Source of the DNA: an uncultured virus (IMG/VR IMGVR_UViG_3300042691_048250)
Taxonomy: Duplodnaviria; Heunggongvirae; Uroviricota; Caudoviricetes
Virus record (IMG/VR): IMGVR_UViG_3300042691_048250
Strand: one strand, 5' to 3'
DNA: 64,000 nt
Shown here: one piece after another, positions 19,548 through 30,004 of the stretch
How the letters are laid out: each line of letters opens with the position of its first letter
How positions within the stretch are numbered: position 1 is the first letter of the stretch
Notes under the pieces: generated by a model
Databases searched by the model: none
Told to the model about the DNA's origin: nothing
The model's input: only the letters and a program-made list of their open reading frames with translations
Translations under genes and position numbers: made by a program

Positions 19548-21167
19548 ATGGCAATTGTACAAGTATCGCGTATTACCAACCGCAAAGGGCTCTACGAAAA
19601 TCTACCGCAGTTAGCCGGTGCAGAATTCGGCTGGTGCGTGGACCAGCGCAGGCTGTTCATTGGCAACGGAACCTTGCAAGAAGGTGCCCCTGTGATCGGC
19701 AACACAGAGATCCTGACAGAATTCAGCGATCTCCTGGCCCTGAGCCCTTACACTTATAAAGATTTGGCAGTGGGCTATGCGGCCCAGACCGGTCCTGATG
19801 CATCAGATCCTGTGATCCGTACAGTGCAGGAAAAACTGGATGATTTTGCCGACGTGAGAGATTTTGGTGCAGTGGGCGATGGTGTAGCAGATGATACATC
19901 CGCGGTACAACGTGCGTTGACACAGCTCTATTGCCGAGATACCAACACCCAGGTCAGACGTACCTTGTATTTTCCAGCGGGCACCTATCGTGTAACACAG
20001 AGCATAGTGATTCCTACCTATGCCAAGTTGGTAGGTGAGGGCGCCGACTGTTCCATCATCTATCTTGACGAGGCAGTGGACATTTCCACGCTGACAGAAT
20101 ACGTGGCCAGATTTGGCGACAATGTGATTGGACCCGACGGCCTGCCACAGACTGGACCCAATATAGGCAACAACGGTGGCACGCCCCCACGCAACATTGA
20201 AATTTCTTCCATGACCTTCCAGACCGGGCCGGTCACTGATGTGTTCTTGATTGAGGACGCTACCCAGTGTTATTTTGACAGCGTAAACTTCCTTGGTCCC
20301 CTGACTACTGCCGTGATCACGGCCAATGGTGCCACGGACAACGTCGCTGGTGTGAGATTCAACAGCACTACTACGGAGATCTGCAATCAGATCACCTTTG
20401 ACAAGTGTCGTTTTGCTGGACTAACTTATGGTCTCAACACTGATGAGCAAATACAAAGCGTGACCATAAGCAACGGCAAATTCGCCACGCTGTATCAGGG
20501 TGTGGTCATGGGCGATGGTGCTGTGGTCAACGGTGGGCCAACCGGCGTGCGTGTAGTACAGAACATGTTTGATACGGTGTATGGCGAAGGCATCATTTTT
20601 GATGACGTATCTCTGTGCGCATCTGCCTATAATGCGTTCTATAACGTGGGCAACGAATTCCAAGGCGCGGGCAATCCGGCCACACCGGTAATCCTGTTTG
20701 GCAATGACGACAATGTCAGCATCAGTGATCTGTTTGAGCGTGACGACACTGACAGCAACTCATTCCCACGTGTGGAGATCATAGGTGGCGAAGTCACTAC
20801 CGGCACTCAGCTACAGGTAGGCAGATATGCCCGTAACAATGGTCGTACCTTTGTCATGGATGACAATCAATCCAGTCCGGCCACTGTGTTCACCTGGAAT
20901 CTTACACAGAGCAAGAGTTTCAGCATGAACTACAGCATAGAACGTGGCAGCCTGCTACGGCATGGTGTGTTCACAGTGGTAGCCTACAGTTTTGACGACA
21001 GTGTAGGTACCTTGAGTTATTCAGACGACTATAACGAAAACATCGATACCGGTGTGACTTTGTACGCTGAACAGAGTGGTGCTAACATTTTGATCAAGTA
21101 TACCACTACCAACACCGGTGACAGCACCGGGGGAACCCTGACCTACTCAATAAGCCATCTCGCTTGA
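19548..21167 (+). CDS. Tail fibre/spike with pectate-lyase-3-like beta-helix
   Basis: N-terminal LPQLAGAEFGW...RRLFIGNG; VRDFGAVGDGVADDT; LYFPAGTY; late promoter. Confidence 0.8.
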   Translation: MAIVQVSRITNRKGLYENLPQLAGAEFGWCVDQRRLFIGNGTLQEGAPVIGNTEILTEFSDLLALSPYTYKDLAVGYAAQTGPDASDPVIRTVQEKLDDFADVRDFGAVGDGVADDTSAVQRALTQLYCRDTNTQVRRTLYFPAGTYRVTQSIVIPTYAKLVGEGADCSIIYLDEAVDISTLTEYVARFGDNVIGPDGLPQTGPNIGNNGGTPPRNIEISSMTFQTGPVTDVFLIEDATQCYFDSVNFLGPLTTAVITANGATDNVAGVRFNSTTTEICNQITFDKCRFAGLTYGLNTDEQIQSVTISNGKFATLYQGVVMGDGAVVNGGPTGVRVVQNMFDTVYGEGIIFDDVSLCASAYNAFYNVGNEFQGAGNPATPVILFGNDDNVSISDLFERDDTDSNSFPRVEIIGGEVTTGTQLQVGRYARNNGRTFVMDDNQSSPATVFTWNLTQSKSFSMNYSIERGSLLRHGVFTVVAYSFDDSVGTLSYSDDYNENIDTGVTLYAEQSGANILIKYTTTNTGDSTGGTLTYSISHLA

Positions 21168-21592
21168 TGTGGTCACCCGATTTCCAAAATAGACTAAGAG
21201 ATTGGTCGGATCTGCGCCGACGATGCCAAGGCCTTGACCTTGAATCCGCATTGTTAGAAATCAATCAATGGTGGAGCCAAACCCCATGGCGTCCTTACTA
21301 TCTGCACTGGGATGATCATCAATCCTGGCCAGACCCCTGGAGCCTTTTGGCTGACAATGTGTTCTGTGATGTTGCAAGAGCCCTGGGTATATTGTATACT
21401 ATTGAATTGTTGGATAGATCTGACGTAACGGATCTTGAGTTGGCACAGTGTTTTGCAGGCAATTTAGTCCTGGTCAACAAAGGAAAATATATATTGAATT
21501 GGAACACGGGCCAGGTCTTAAATATCTCATCAAATATTCCAACTATCACGAGAACGCTGGATCGTGATAAATTATCCAGTTTAATAGGTTAA
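21167..21592 (+). CDS. Hypothetical protein
   Basis: ORF coupled to tail gene; WPDPWSLL motif. Confidence 0.65.
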   Translation: MWSPDFQNRLRDWSDLRRRCQGLDLESALLEINQWWSQTPWRPYYLHWDDHQSWPDPWSLLADNVFCDVARALGILYTIELLDRSDVTDLELAQCFAGNLVLVNKGKYILNWNTGQVLNISSNIPTITRTLDRDKLSSLIG

Positions 21593-21596
21593 AACA

Positions 21597-23903
21597 ATGC
21601 AAATACAAGTACAAAAAAGAAACGGTCAGCGAGAGTCATTAGATTTAGAAAAATTACACAAAGTAGTATTCTGGGCCACACAAGGTATCACTGGCGTTTC
21701 GGCCAGCGAAGTAGAAATCAAAAGCCATATACAATTTTACAACGGAATCAAGACCACGGACATCCAAGAGACCTTGATCAAATCCGCGGCAGATCTCATC
21801 AGCGAAGATACCCCCAACTATCAGTACGTGGCTGGTCGCTTGATCTGCTATCACATACGCAAACAGGTCTATGAACAGTTCCAGCCTTGCCATATTCACG
21901 AATTGGTTACCAAGAACGTTCAGGCTGGTTTTTATGATCAGGAATTGCTGGAAAGTTATAGTATAGAAGAATGGGACAAGATCAACTCATTCGTCAAACA
22001 CGAGCGCGACGAAGAACTGACCTATGCGGCCATGGAGCAGTTCCGTGGCAAGTACCTGGTACAGAATCGCGTGACCAAAGATATCTATGAAACACCGCAG
22101 ATTGCCTATGCACTGATCGCTGCCACTTTATTCAGCCGTTATCCCCGAGAAAGCCGCATGATGTGGGTCAAGGATTATTATGATGCCATATCTACACACC
22201 AAATATCACTGCCCACCCCGGTCATGGCCGGCGTGCGTACACCCATGAGACAGTTCAGTTCATGTGTGCTGATCGAAACTGACGATAGTCTTGACTCAAT
22301 CAATGCCACAGCAAGTAGCATAGTAAAATACGTGAGCCAAAAGGCAGGCATAGGAATAGGCGCAGGCCGGATACGTGCTCTTGGCAGTCCCATCCGCAAC
22401 GGCGATGCTTATCACACCGGTGTCATACCATTTTACAAACTTTTCCAGGCGGCCACCCGCTCGTGTAGCCAAGGCGGTGTACGCAATGGTGCCGCCACTC
22501 TTTATTATCCTATCTGGCACCTTGAAGTAGAAGATCTCTTGGTGCTGAAAAACAACAAAGGCACTGACGACAACCGTGTGCGCCATATGGACTATGGTGT
22601 ACAGTTCAACAAAGTCATGTATGAGCGTCTGCTCAACAACGGTGACATCACCCTGTTCTCTCCGCACGATGTGCCAGAGATGCGCGATGCATTCTATCAA
22701 GATGTGGATCGTTTCCGTGAATTGTATGAGCGTGCCGAGCGCAACACCAAACTACGTAAAAAGACCATCAAGGCAGTGGAACTGTTCAGTCGTTTCATGC
22801 AGGAGCGCAAAGATACTGGCCGCATCTATCTCATGAACGTGGATCATGCCAATAATCATGGTGCCTTCCGCCCTGAGGTGGCACCCATACGGCAAAGCAA
22901 TCTCTGCTGTGAAATAAATCTACCCACTCGTCCGCTCACAGACATCAATGATCCTAATGGAGAGATTGCACTGTGTACTCTGAGCGCCATCAACTGGGGA
23001 GTGTTCCGTGACCCTGAGGACATGGAACGTGCCTGTACCTTGGCTGTGCGTGGTCTGGATGCGCTATTGAGTTACCAAAACTACCCCATCTTGGCCGCAC
23101 AGATCGCCACAGAGAATCGACGACCCTTGGGCGTGGGCATCATCAACCTGGCCTATTGGTTGGCCAAGAATGATCTTTCCTATTCTGATCCTCAAGCATT
23201 GTCACTGGTCGATCGTTGGGCACAGCATTGGTCCTATTATCTGATCAAGGCCAGTGCGGATCTTGCCAAAGAATTTGGTTCTTGCCCGTTGAGCGACCAG
23301 ACCCGTTATCATACCGGGGAACTGCCAGTGGATACCTACAAGCGCGAAGTCGACGAACTGGTACCACATCAAGACCTAATGGATTGGGAGTCTCTACGTC
23401 AGCAACTGCGCCAGCACGGTATACGCAATAGCACACTTATGGCCCTGATGCCAGCCGAAACATCGGCCCAGATTTCCAACGCCACCAATGGTGTGGAACC
23501 ACCACGCAGTTATGTTTCAATCAAGCAGAGCAAAGATGGTGTGCTAAAACAGGTTGTACCCGAATTCCGCAGGCTCAAGAACAAATATGAGCTACTGTGG
23601 GACCAGCGTTCGCCCGAAGGCTATTTGAAAATCATGGCAGTCCTGCAAAAATACATAGACCAAGGTATCAGTGTCAACACTTCCTATAATCCTCAGCACT
23701 ATGAAGATGAAAAGATACCCATGAGTGACATGCTCAAACACATGATCATGTTTTACAAGTATGGAGGCAAACAATTGTATTATTTCAACACCTACGATGG
23801 ATCAGGAGAGATCGACATCGATAGGCTGCAGAACAAATCAATCCTGATAGAATCAGTGGATACATCATTGGCCGACGATGACTGTGAAAGCTGCAAAATA
23901 TAG
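21597..23903 (+). CDS. nrdA: Class Ia ribonucleotide reductase alpha subunit
   Basis: ATP cone, QFSSCVLI, SNLCCEI, MPAETS, LYYFNT, CESCKI. Confidence 0.98.
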   Translation: MQIQVQKRNGQRESLDLEKLHKVVFWATQGITGVSASEVEIKSHIQFYNGIKTTDIQETLIKSAADLISEDTPNYQYVAGRLICYHIRKQVYEQFQPCHIHELVTKNVQAGFYDQELLESYSIEEWDKINSFVKHERDEELTYAAMEQFRGKYLVQNRVTKDIYETPQIAYALIAATLFSRYPRESRMMWVKDYYDAISTHQISLPTPVMAGVRTPMRQFSSCVLIETDDSLDSINATASSIVKYVSQKAGIGIGAGRIRALGSPIRNGDAYHTGVIPFYKLFQAATRSCSQGGVRNGAATLYYPIWHLEVEDLLVLKNNKGTDDNRVRHMDYGVQFNKVMYERLLNNGDITLFSPHDVPEMRDAFYQDVDRFRELYERAERNTKLRKKTIKAVELFSRFMQERKDTGRIYLMNVDHANNHGAFRPEVAPIRQSNLCCEINLPTRPLTDINDPNGEIALCTLSAINWGVFRDPEDMERACTLAVRGLDALLSYQNYPILAAQIATENRRPLGVGIINLAYWLAKNDLSYSDPQALSLVDRWAQHWSYYLIKASADLAKEFGSCPLSDQTRYHTGELPVDTYKREVDELVPHQDLMDWESLRQQLRQHGIRNSTLMALMPAETSAQISNATNGVEPPRSYVSIKQSKDGVLKQVVPEFRRLKNKYELLWDQRSPEGYLKIMAVLQKYIDQGISVNTSYNPQHYEDEKIPMSDMLKHMIMFYKYGGKQLYYFNTYDGSGEIDIDRLQNKSILIESVDTSLADDDCESCKI

Positions 23904-23911
23904 AGACCCAG

Positions 23912-25036
23912 ATGACTGTACTGAATTTACGCAACAAAGATCATACCCAGGCCTTGGCCTTCATTGATCCTGCCGGCCCGCTGGGTATGCAGAGATATGA
24001 TACATTGAAATATCGCCAGTTTGACAAACTCACAGACAAACAGTTGGGTTTTTTCTGGCGCCCTGAAGAAGTAGATGTGCTACGTGATGCCAAGGACTTC
24101 AAAGACCTGACCACATGGGAACAGCACATTTTTACAGCCAATCTCAAGCGCCAGATCCTGTTGGATAGTGTACAAGGCCGCAGCCCCAATCTGGCTTTTC
24201 TGCCCTTGGTCACACTGCCTGAGTTGGAAACGTGGATTGAGACCTGGGCGTTCAGCGAAACCATACACAGCCGCAGTTACACACACATCATCCGCAACGT
24301 GTATTCGGATCCCAGCGAAGTGTTCGATCACATGTTGGAAATCGATGAAATCGTGACCTGTGGCCGCGACATCAGCAAATACTACGACGATCTCATACGT
24401 TATAGTTCGTGGTATCAACTGTTAGGAGCAGGCCAACATGAGTGCAACGGAACACGATTCGAGATCACCGAGTACGAACTCAAGAAAAAACTGTGGTTGG
24501 CCTTGGCCTCGGTCAATGTTCTCGAGGGCATCAGGTTCTATGTGTCTTTCGCGTGCTCCTGGGCGTTCGCAGAGCTCAAGAAGATGGAGGGTAACGCTAA
24601 GATCATTAAGTTTATCGCCCGAGACGAAAACGTCCACTTGGCCAGCACCCAACAACTATTGAAACTGTTGCCGCAGGATGATCCTGATTATGTGCGCATC
24701 CGCCAAGAGACCGAAGCAGAGATGACAGCCATGTTTGACGATGCTGTGGCTCAAGAAAAGACCTGGAGCCATTATCTGTTCAAGAATGGCAGCATGATCG
24801 GACTCAATGAACAGTTGCTCAATGACTACGTAGAATGGATAGCACACAAGCGCATGACCGCGGTTGGCCTGCCCACACGTTATCGTGGCGGTAGTAATCC
24901 CTTGCCCTGGACAGCCAAATGGATTGCCGGCGCCGAAGTGCAGGTAGCGCCACAGGAAACAGAAATCAGTTCCTATGTAGTAGGTGGAACCAAACAAGAT
25001 GTAGACTCATCGACCCTGGCTGGACTTTCTCTATAA
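23912..25036 (+). CDS. nrdB: Class Ia ribonucleotide reductase beta subunit
   Basis: FFWRPEE, ETIHSRSY, EGIRFYVSF, RDENVH, VAPQETE. Confidence 0.98.
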   Translation: MTVLNLRNKDHTQALAFIDPAGPLGMQRYDTLKYRQFDKLTDKQLGFFWRPEEVDVLRDAKDFKDLTTWEQHIFTANLKRQILLDSVQGRSPNLAFLPLVTLPELETWIETWAFSETIHSRSYTHIIRNVYSDPSEVFDHMLEIDEIVTCGRDISKYYDDLIRYSSWYQLLGAGQHECNGTRFEITEYELKKKLWLALASVNVLEGIRFYVSFACSWAFAELKKMEGNAKIIKFIARDENVHLASTQQLLKLLPQDDPDYVRIRQETEAEMTAMFDDAVAQEKTWSHYLFKNGSMIGLNEQLLNDYVEWIAHKRMTAVGLPTRYRGGSNPLPWTAKWIAGAEVQVAPQETEISSYVVGGTKQDVDSSTLAGLSL

Positions 25037-25311
25037 TGCTGACCATATATTCTAAAACTGTTTGCCCTTACTGTGTGCAGGCCAAGAACTTCCTCAAAAG
25101 CAAAAATATCAAGTTCGTTGAAATCAACATCGAACAGGATGCCGAAGCCAGAGAATTCATCACCCAAAAAGGTCTGCGCACAGTGCCGCAGATCTTCATG
25201 GATGGTAAAATATTCGTCGAGGGTGGTTGGACCGGTTTAAGTAAGATGAGCGCGGAAGAAATACTCAATGAAATCGATCTGCGCCACTCACTTAGCGACC
25301 AAACACTATGA
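25036..25311 (+). CDS. Glutaredoxin
   Basis: CPYC, TVPQIF, GG. Confidence 0.92.
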   Translation: MLTIYSKTVCPYCVQAKNFLKSKNIKFVEINIEQDAEAREFITQKGLRTVPQIFMDGKIFVEGGWTGLSKMSAEEILNEIDLRHSLSDQTL

Positions 25312-25613
25312 CCCAAAAGATAGAAACCAACACCGTATACACCTTCAAACTGATCACAGGCGAGGAACTCGTGGCCAAAATCATCGAGATCAATCCTGAT
25401 CACATGATCATAGATCACCCCATAAGCACAGTGCTCAGCCCGCAAGGGTTGCAAATGATGCCTGCGCTGTTTAGCTCAAATCAGGACAAAACTGTGAGGC
25501 TAAATAATTCAAGTTGGGCCATGATCGCAGAAACTCGCGATGACGTGCGCGACAGTTGGATCCAAGCCACCACGGGCATAGCGCCTGTGCGCAAACAGAT
25601 CATCACTGGTTAG
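25308..25613 (+). CDS. Conserved T4-like Sm-fold hypothetical protein
   Basis: FKLITGEELVAK pattern. Confidence 0.6.
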   Translation: MTQKIETNTVYTFKLITGEELVAKIIEINPDHMIIDHPISTVLSPQGLQMMPALFSSNQDKTVRLNNSSWAMIAETRDDVRDSWIQATTGIAPVRKQIITG

Positions 25614-25614
25614 C

Positions 25615-25830
25615 ATGCCGCACAGGTTCGTGATCATGATCTCGGGCCAGATACATGAGTACACCAAGTATGAAGACATACCTGAGGTGTTCGATCATGT
25701 CATAGAGTTCTGCCCCGAAATTCCTCCGGAGCCCCATACAGAAGAACAGCATCACGAAATAGATTCGTGGTTGCCCAAGTTTGACAGATTGATGGAGATA
25801 GAACATGCCCGCAGCGGCCAGAAGAGGTGA
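25615..25830 (+). CDS. Hypothetical protein preceding PAAR
   Basis: IPPEPHTEEQH motif; synteny with PAAR. Confidence 0.65.
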   Translation: MPHRFVIMISGQIHEYTKYEDIPEVFDHVIEFCPEIPPEPHTEEQHHEIDSWLPKFDRLMEIEHARSGQKR

Positions 25831-26095
25831 TGCCGGAGTACCACATTGCAGTGGTTATGTCATTGCATCGGCAAGCAACAATGTAGTGATCAACGGTCGA
25901 GGAGCAGCTCGGCGCGGTGATTTTTCTTCGCCGCATCTCAGACCCGCTGGTAAAAGATGCGGCGGCCATACTGCCCCCATCATAGGTGGCAGCGCCACGG
26001 TAAACATCAATGGTCGTGCGGCAGCCAGGGTAGGCGACGGATTGGCCGCTTGCACACGGGTAGCCACTGGCAGTAACAATGTGATCATAGGTTAG
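25805..26095 (+). CDS. PAAR spike-tip protein
   Basis: PAAARRGD, GAARRGD, AAARVGD repeats with His/Cys ligands. Confidence 0.9.
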   Translation: MPAAARRGDAGVPHCSGYVIASASNNVVINGRGAARRGDFSSPHLRPAGKRCGGHTAPIIGGSATVNINGRAAARVGDGLAACTRVATGSNNVIIG

Positions 26096-26096
26096 C

Positions 26097-27209
26097 ATGA
26101 GTTGCGGTGGTCCACTCAGTTCGGTAATGATGATAGCTGGTGCGGGCATGATCCCGGGTGCCAGCGCATTGTCGGGTATCGGTAGCAGCCTCGGTGTATC
26201 ATCAGCCCTGACCGGCGCCTTGGGCAGCTTCAATGGTCTGGGCATTACTTCACAGTTCAGCGACATTGTTAGCAGTGCTACAGGAGTGCTGTCGGGTGGT
26301 ACCTTAGACAGTCTCAGGACTCTGGGTGCCGATATCTTTCCTGCTTTAACCAATGCCATCCCTGGAGATTTTGCCAGTGCCCTTGGGAGTATTGCACCAG
26401 GCGGAGTGTTTGATGGCGGATTTACCGGCCTGGTCGGTAGCATGGCTACCAATCTCATGGGCGCCGGAGACATCACCAAGTTTGCTCAGATTTTCAATGG
26501 TGCCGACGGTTTCCTGAGCCAGGCCAATCAATTTATCAACAGCGGTGCCAACATCGGAGACATTGCCAAGACCTTTGGTCCATTGACCGGGGGGATGGAC
26601 AATCTCATTACCGGCAGTTTCAGCCAGGTCTCACAGGCTTTTGGAGCCTTTGGTGGAGACCTGTCGAATCTCGGCAATCTCATTGACATGAAAAATCTTG
26701 AGAATCTGGGCAATCCAGCGGCCCTGGTCAAACAACTCACAGATGTAGGCGGTCTCATACCATCGGTGGAAAATGTGCTGAGAGAATCAGGACTTAGTTC
26801 TGGCAACCTCGGAAGTTTGATCAGCGGAAATTTTGCAGGCTTGGCCGACAACGCAAATGCACTGCTCTATGACGGCATGACCAAGATCACTGGTAGGGAT
26901 CTGCAACAGGTCACAGGCCTGTTGGGTGTGACCACCCCTGGCATCAACAGCATGGCTGATCTGCTGAATCCAACCAAGATACTACCCAATAGCTTTGCCA
27001 CGCTGACCATGCCCACACCCGACGGACTACGAGGAATCTATGCCACCACTGGGGGAGCAGTCAACACTAACTTAGAAAAATATTTCACTCGGTCTCTTAA
27101 CACCTTGCCCATCACCAATGATCTCATAGGACAGGCGAGATCTGGTCTGCCGGAGTTAGGCTCCTTGGTTAACACCACGGTAAGGAAAGGCACACAAAAG
27201 TTCATATGA
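26097..27209 (+). CDS. Gly/Ser/Leu-rich putative baseplate/spike-associated protein
   Basis: Follows PAAR; low-charge amphipathic sequence. Confidence 0.55.
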   Translation: MSCGGPLSSVMMIAGAGMIPGASALSGIGSSLGVSSALTGALGSFNGLGITSQFSDIVSSATGVLSGGTLDSLRTLGADIFPALTNAIPGDFASALGSIAPGGVFDGGFTGLVGSMATNLMGAGDITKFAQIFNGADGFLSQANQFINSGANIGDIAKTFGPLTGGMDNLITGSFSQVSQAFGAFGGDLSNLGNLIDMKNLENLGNPAALVKQLTDVGGLIPSVENVLRESGLSSGNLGSLISGNFAGLADNANALLYDGMTKITGRDLQQVTGLLGVTTPGINSMADLLNPTKILPNSFATLTMPTPDGLRGIYATTGGAVNTNLEKYFTRSLNTLPITNDLIGQARSGLPELGSLVNTTVRKGTQKFI

Positions 27210-28261
27210 CCACTTATAACAATCTTAAAAAAATCATTCCTCCGGATCAGGCCTTGGCCAACCAAGCACTGAGTCGCAGCCTTCGCCAGGTCAAAAAGAT
27301 TTTCGATACTGATCTACCAACACTGTCACGGGCTGTCGAGGCATTAGAAAGCAACAAAGACCTACCGCTGATCAATGCTTTGACACAGCCCTTGCCTGAT
27401 GCTATTTCAACCTATTGGGGCAACACCTTTGCCACTGGCACAGGCCCAGGCAACTCTCTCACAGTCAATGATCTATTAGGCGTGGCATCGGGAAATACCA
27501 CCAACGTGGATTTGCCCGAAACATCTAACGCACTGATCAGCTTGGCATCAATTGGCGCTTTGAATCCGTTGACCGGAAACGGGGGCACACCTTCATCGGC
27601 AGTGAATGGAGTGTACACTGTTATGTCCTATACCTTGGCTGGAGCATATACCACTGTGACGCCTGGTATACCACCTGCCGGAGACGAGTATTTCATCACC
27701 ATTCCTGCGCCACTTCCGGCCCAAGGTACCTACGGCCCCGATACATCGTACGGCAACGTAATCAACTCTGCCTTCATCAGCCTTATCAGCAACGCCAACA
27801 CCCGGATCAACAACATCGCCACTGCATATCCTTCAGAAACTGCTGTGAGTAATCAGTCCTTTGGAAACATCGCTTTTCAAGTAGAATACAATCAGAACAA
27901 TCTAATCTCGGCTGGTATTGACATAGCCAACATTGTTGTAGGCAATTTCAGCAACGCCAACATCATAGCAAATCAAACCAGCGCCAGCCTGGGCCTGGCA
28001 TCGAGATTGCACGAATTTGGCACCGATATCACCACAGGTGGCAAAGCACAGTTTTTTGAACAAACTGCCAACATGGCCACGATCACTGGTCAGGCCGTGA
28101 TAGCCAGCATGAGAGAGGGAAGGAATATAGCGGTACTTAATGCCGTGGGTATCAATCTGGACACACAACTGGTAGACGTCAATGAGAATACCACGGTTGA
28201 CAACAATATCAGCAGTGCTCAGTATTCGGTCTCAGAAGCCCGGGCCAATATAGTCATATAG
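27206..28261 (+). CDS. Putative virion structural protein
   Basis: N/T/A-rich, coupled to previous gene. Confidence 0.55.
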   Translation: MTTYNNLKKIIPPDQALANQALSRSLRQVKKIFDTDLPTLSRAVEALESNKDLPLINALTQPLPDAISTYWGNTFATGTGPGNSLTVNDLLGVASGNTTNVDLPETSNALISLASIGALNPLTGNGGTPSSAVNGVYTVMSYTLAGAYTTVTPGIPPAGDEYFITIPAPLPAQGTYGPDTSYGNVINSAFISLISNANTRINNIATAYPSETAVSNQSFGNIAFQVEYNQNNLISAGIDIANIVVGNFSNANIIANQTSASLGLASRLHEFGTDITTGGKAQFFEQTANMATITGQAVIASMREGRNIAVLNAVGINLDTQLVDVNENTTVDNNISSAQYSVSEARANIVI

Positions 28262-28338
28262 ATATTTTTCTATGGCATCTGCACATGCTAAGTAATTCGT
28301 GGCGTTTCATGCCACATTCTTTTCGAAAAGGAAAATCA

Positions 28339-29487
28339 ATGAAAAAATTAGCAATAGCTGCGGCCTTGGCCGCGATGGTCTCAACCGTTAACGCACAATC
28401 AATTAGCATCTATGGTGTGTTTGACAATGCAGTACGACAGGATTCGTCAGCCAATGCTGCCGGTGGCAACCGCACTGATATGTACAGCGGTGTCCAGTCT
28501 ACCAGCCGTTTGGGCTTCCGCGGCACTGAGGATCTGGGCAATGGACTATCAACTCGATTTGTGTTAGAAGGCGGAATCAACACAGCCACTGGTGCATCAA
28601 GCCAAAACGGTAGCACGGGTTCGATCTTGTTTGATCGTTTCGCCTATGTAGCTCTGGGAAGCAAAACCGCTGGTGAATTGCAGTTGGGCCGCAACACCGG
28701 TGCCACTCTTGACATCGCGGCACGTGGTATCACAGATCCTTTGCGTGCGGCCATGGACGGCGTTGCAGCTCCAGTGGTCGTATCCAATGCGACCTATGGT
28801 GTGAGTTCGGCTCGCATCAATCAGTCGATCTATGCGTATGGCAACACCAACGGTCTCAAAAACAGCCGTGCCGACGGCATGTTGAAATATGTTAACAAAT
28901 TTGGTCCAGTAGGCGTGATCGCAGGTTACAGCCCAGGTGGTGTGGCCGGTAGTGAGTCGGCCAGCACAGCCACTACCTTTGGTGCTACAGTTGACGCAGG
29001 TCCGGCTGTGTTGGGTGCCGCGCAGTTTGTAGCCAAAGATGCCACAGGTAAAAAAGCTACCAGCGCCACCTACGGTGGCAATGTCAAGTTTGGTGCTGCC
29101 ACGCTGACCGCTGGTTATCACACAGTTGATAGCGATGCTGGATACGTGGCTTCACACTTGACCACCACGGCCACTGCTACCACGCCGATCTTGGGTCTGG
29201 CTACCACAGCCGGCCCTTCTACCGAAGCCAAGATCGCCAGCGTGGGTGTGCGCTATGAACTATCTTCCAAGTTCGCCACTACATTGGCTTACTATGACGG
29301 CGAGTACAAAAACGGGTTGGGTTCCAAAGGTGATCTCAAGACCACGGTACTGTTCAATGAGTACAACCTCAGCAAGCGTACCAATCTCTATGGTATCATC
29401 GATCATGCCAAAGCCTCAAATGACCTGGTAGCAACAACCAAGTCAACCAACGTGGGCATCACTGCTGGTATCCGTCACACGTTCTAA
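28339..29487 (+). CDS. Gram-negative trimeric porin (Betaproteobacteria type)
   Basis: Signal peptide, AQSISIYGVFD, SRLGFRGTEDLGNGL, YNLSKRT, C-terminal GIRHTF. Confidence 0.93.
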   Translation: MKKLAIAAALAAMVSTVNAQSISIYGVFDNAVRQDSSANAAGGNRTDMYSGVQSTSRLGFRGTEDLGNGLSTRFVLEGGINTATGASSQNGSTGSILFDRFAYVALGSKTAGELQLGRNTGATLDIAARGITDPLRAAMDGVAAPVVVSNATYGVSSARINQSIYAYGNTNGLKNSRADGMLKYVNKFGPVGVIAGYSPGGVAGSESASTATTFGATVDAGPAVLGAAQFVAKDATGKKATSATYGGNVKFGAATLTAGYHTVDSDAGYVASHLTTTATATTPILGLATTAGPSTEAKIASVGVRYELSSKFATTLAYYDGEYKNGLGSKGDLKTTVLFNEYNLSKRTNLYGIIDHAKASNDLVATTKSTNVGITAGIRHTF

Positions 29488-29510
29488 AAAGTTTCACAGG
29501 TAGTACCTTG

Positions 29511-29541
29511 AAAAACCCTGCCCTGCGCAGGGTTTTTCTTT
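29511..29541 (+). terminator. Rho-independent terminator
   Basis: AAAAACCCTGC-CCTGC-GCAGGGTTTTT. Confidence 0.85.
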
Positions 29542-29594
29542 GGTAAGTGAGCACTAACCTCCAGGTTGACCGGAAAATACCATTTCTGTATAAT
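29542..29594 (+). promoter_or_regulatory. Early promoter with upstream palindrome
   Basis: GGTAAGTGAGCACTAACC; TTGACC-17-TATAAT. Confidence 0.8.
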
Positions 29595-29625
29595 AAGGGT
29601 TATAGTAAACAACTGGAGCCACAGC

Positions 29626-29799
29626 ATGTCTAAGAAACACTTTGAACTGCTCGCCAAATACATCGAGTCCATAATGGACCCGCATTGCCGTTTACAAGCG
29701 GCCGTAGCAGTAGCATCAGCCTGCCAAGAAGCCAACAGCAGATTCGACCAGCAGAGATTCTTTGCCGCTTGCCGCATCGGTGCCGAGGAGGTACAATAA
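29626..29799 (+). CDS. Small early protein
   Basis: GGAG SD; MSKKHFELLA...RFDQQRFFAAC. Confidence 0.7.
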   Translation: MSKKHFELLAKYIESIMDPHCRLQAAVAVASACQEANSRFDQQRFFAACRIGAEEVQ

Positions 29800-29800
29800 C

Positions 29801-30004
29801 ATGGCCTATCACGTTTTCAAGCACAACCAGGACTATGGTCCAAGATCCGGACTGGAAGGTCCGTTCCACTATCCCAATGGTCAGGTCTTGTACTATGACC
29901 CTCGCGCCGGGGAGTATTGGGATCCACGCACTGATTTCTATGTGCCAAGCGAAGATGTGGCTCTTTTACAACAGAGCATTTTTAACATGGTAAGTGCCCA
30001 CTAA
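29801..30004 (+). CDS. Small early protein
   Basis: GAGGAGG SD; GLEGPF...LYYDP..GEYWDP. Confidence 0.7.
   Translation: MAYHVFKHNQDYGPRSGLEGPFHYPNGQVLYYDPRAGEYWDPRTDFYVPSEDVALLQQSIFNMVSAH

Noticed and set aside
21597..25036. Introns/inteins in nrdA/nrdB
   Set aside because: Both have normal lengths and continuous motifs
25700..26479. Long antisense ORFs (e.g. 259 aa here, 230 aa at 16461-17153)
   Set aside because: Shadows of well-supported plus-strand genes with no motifs or SD
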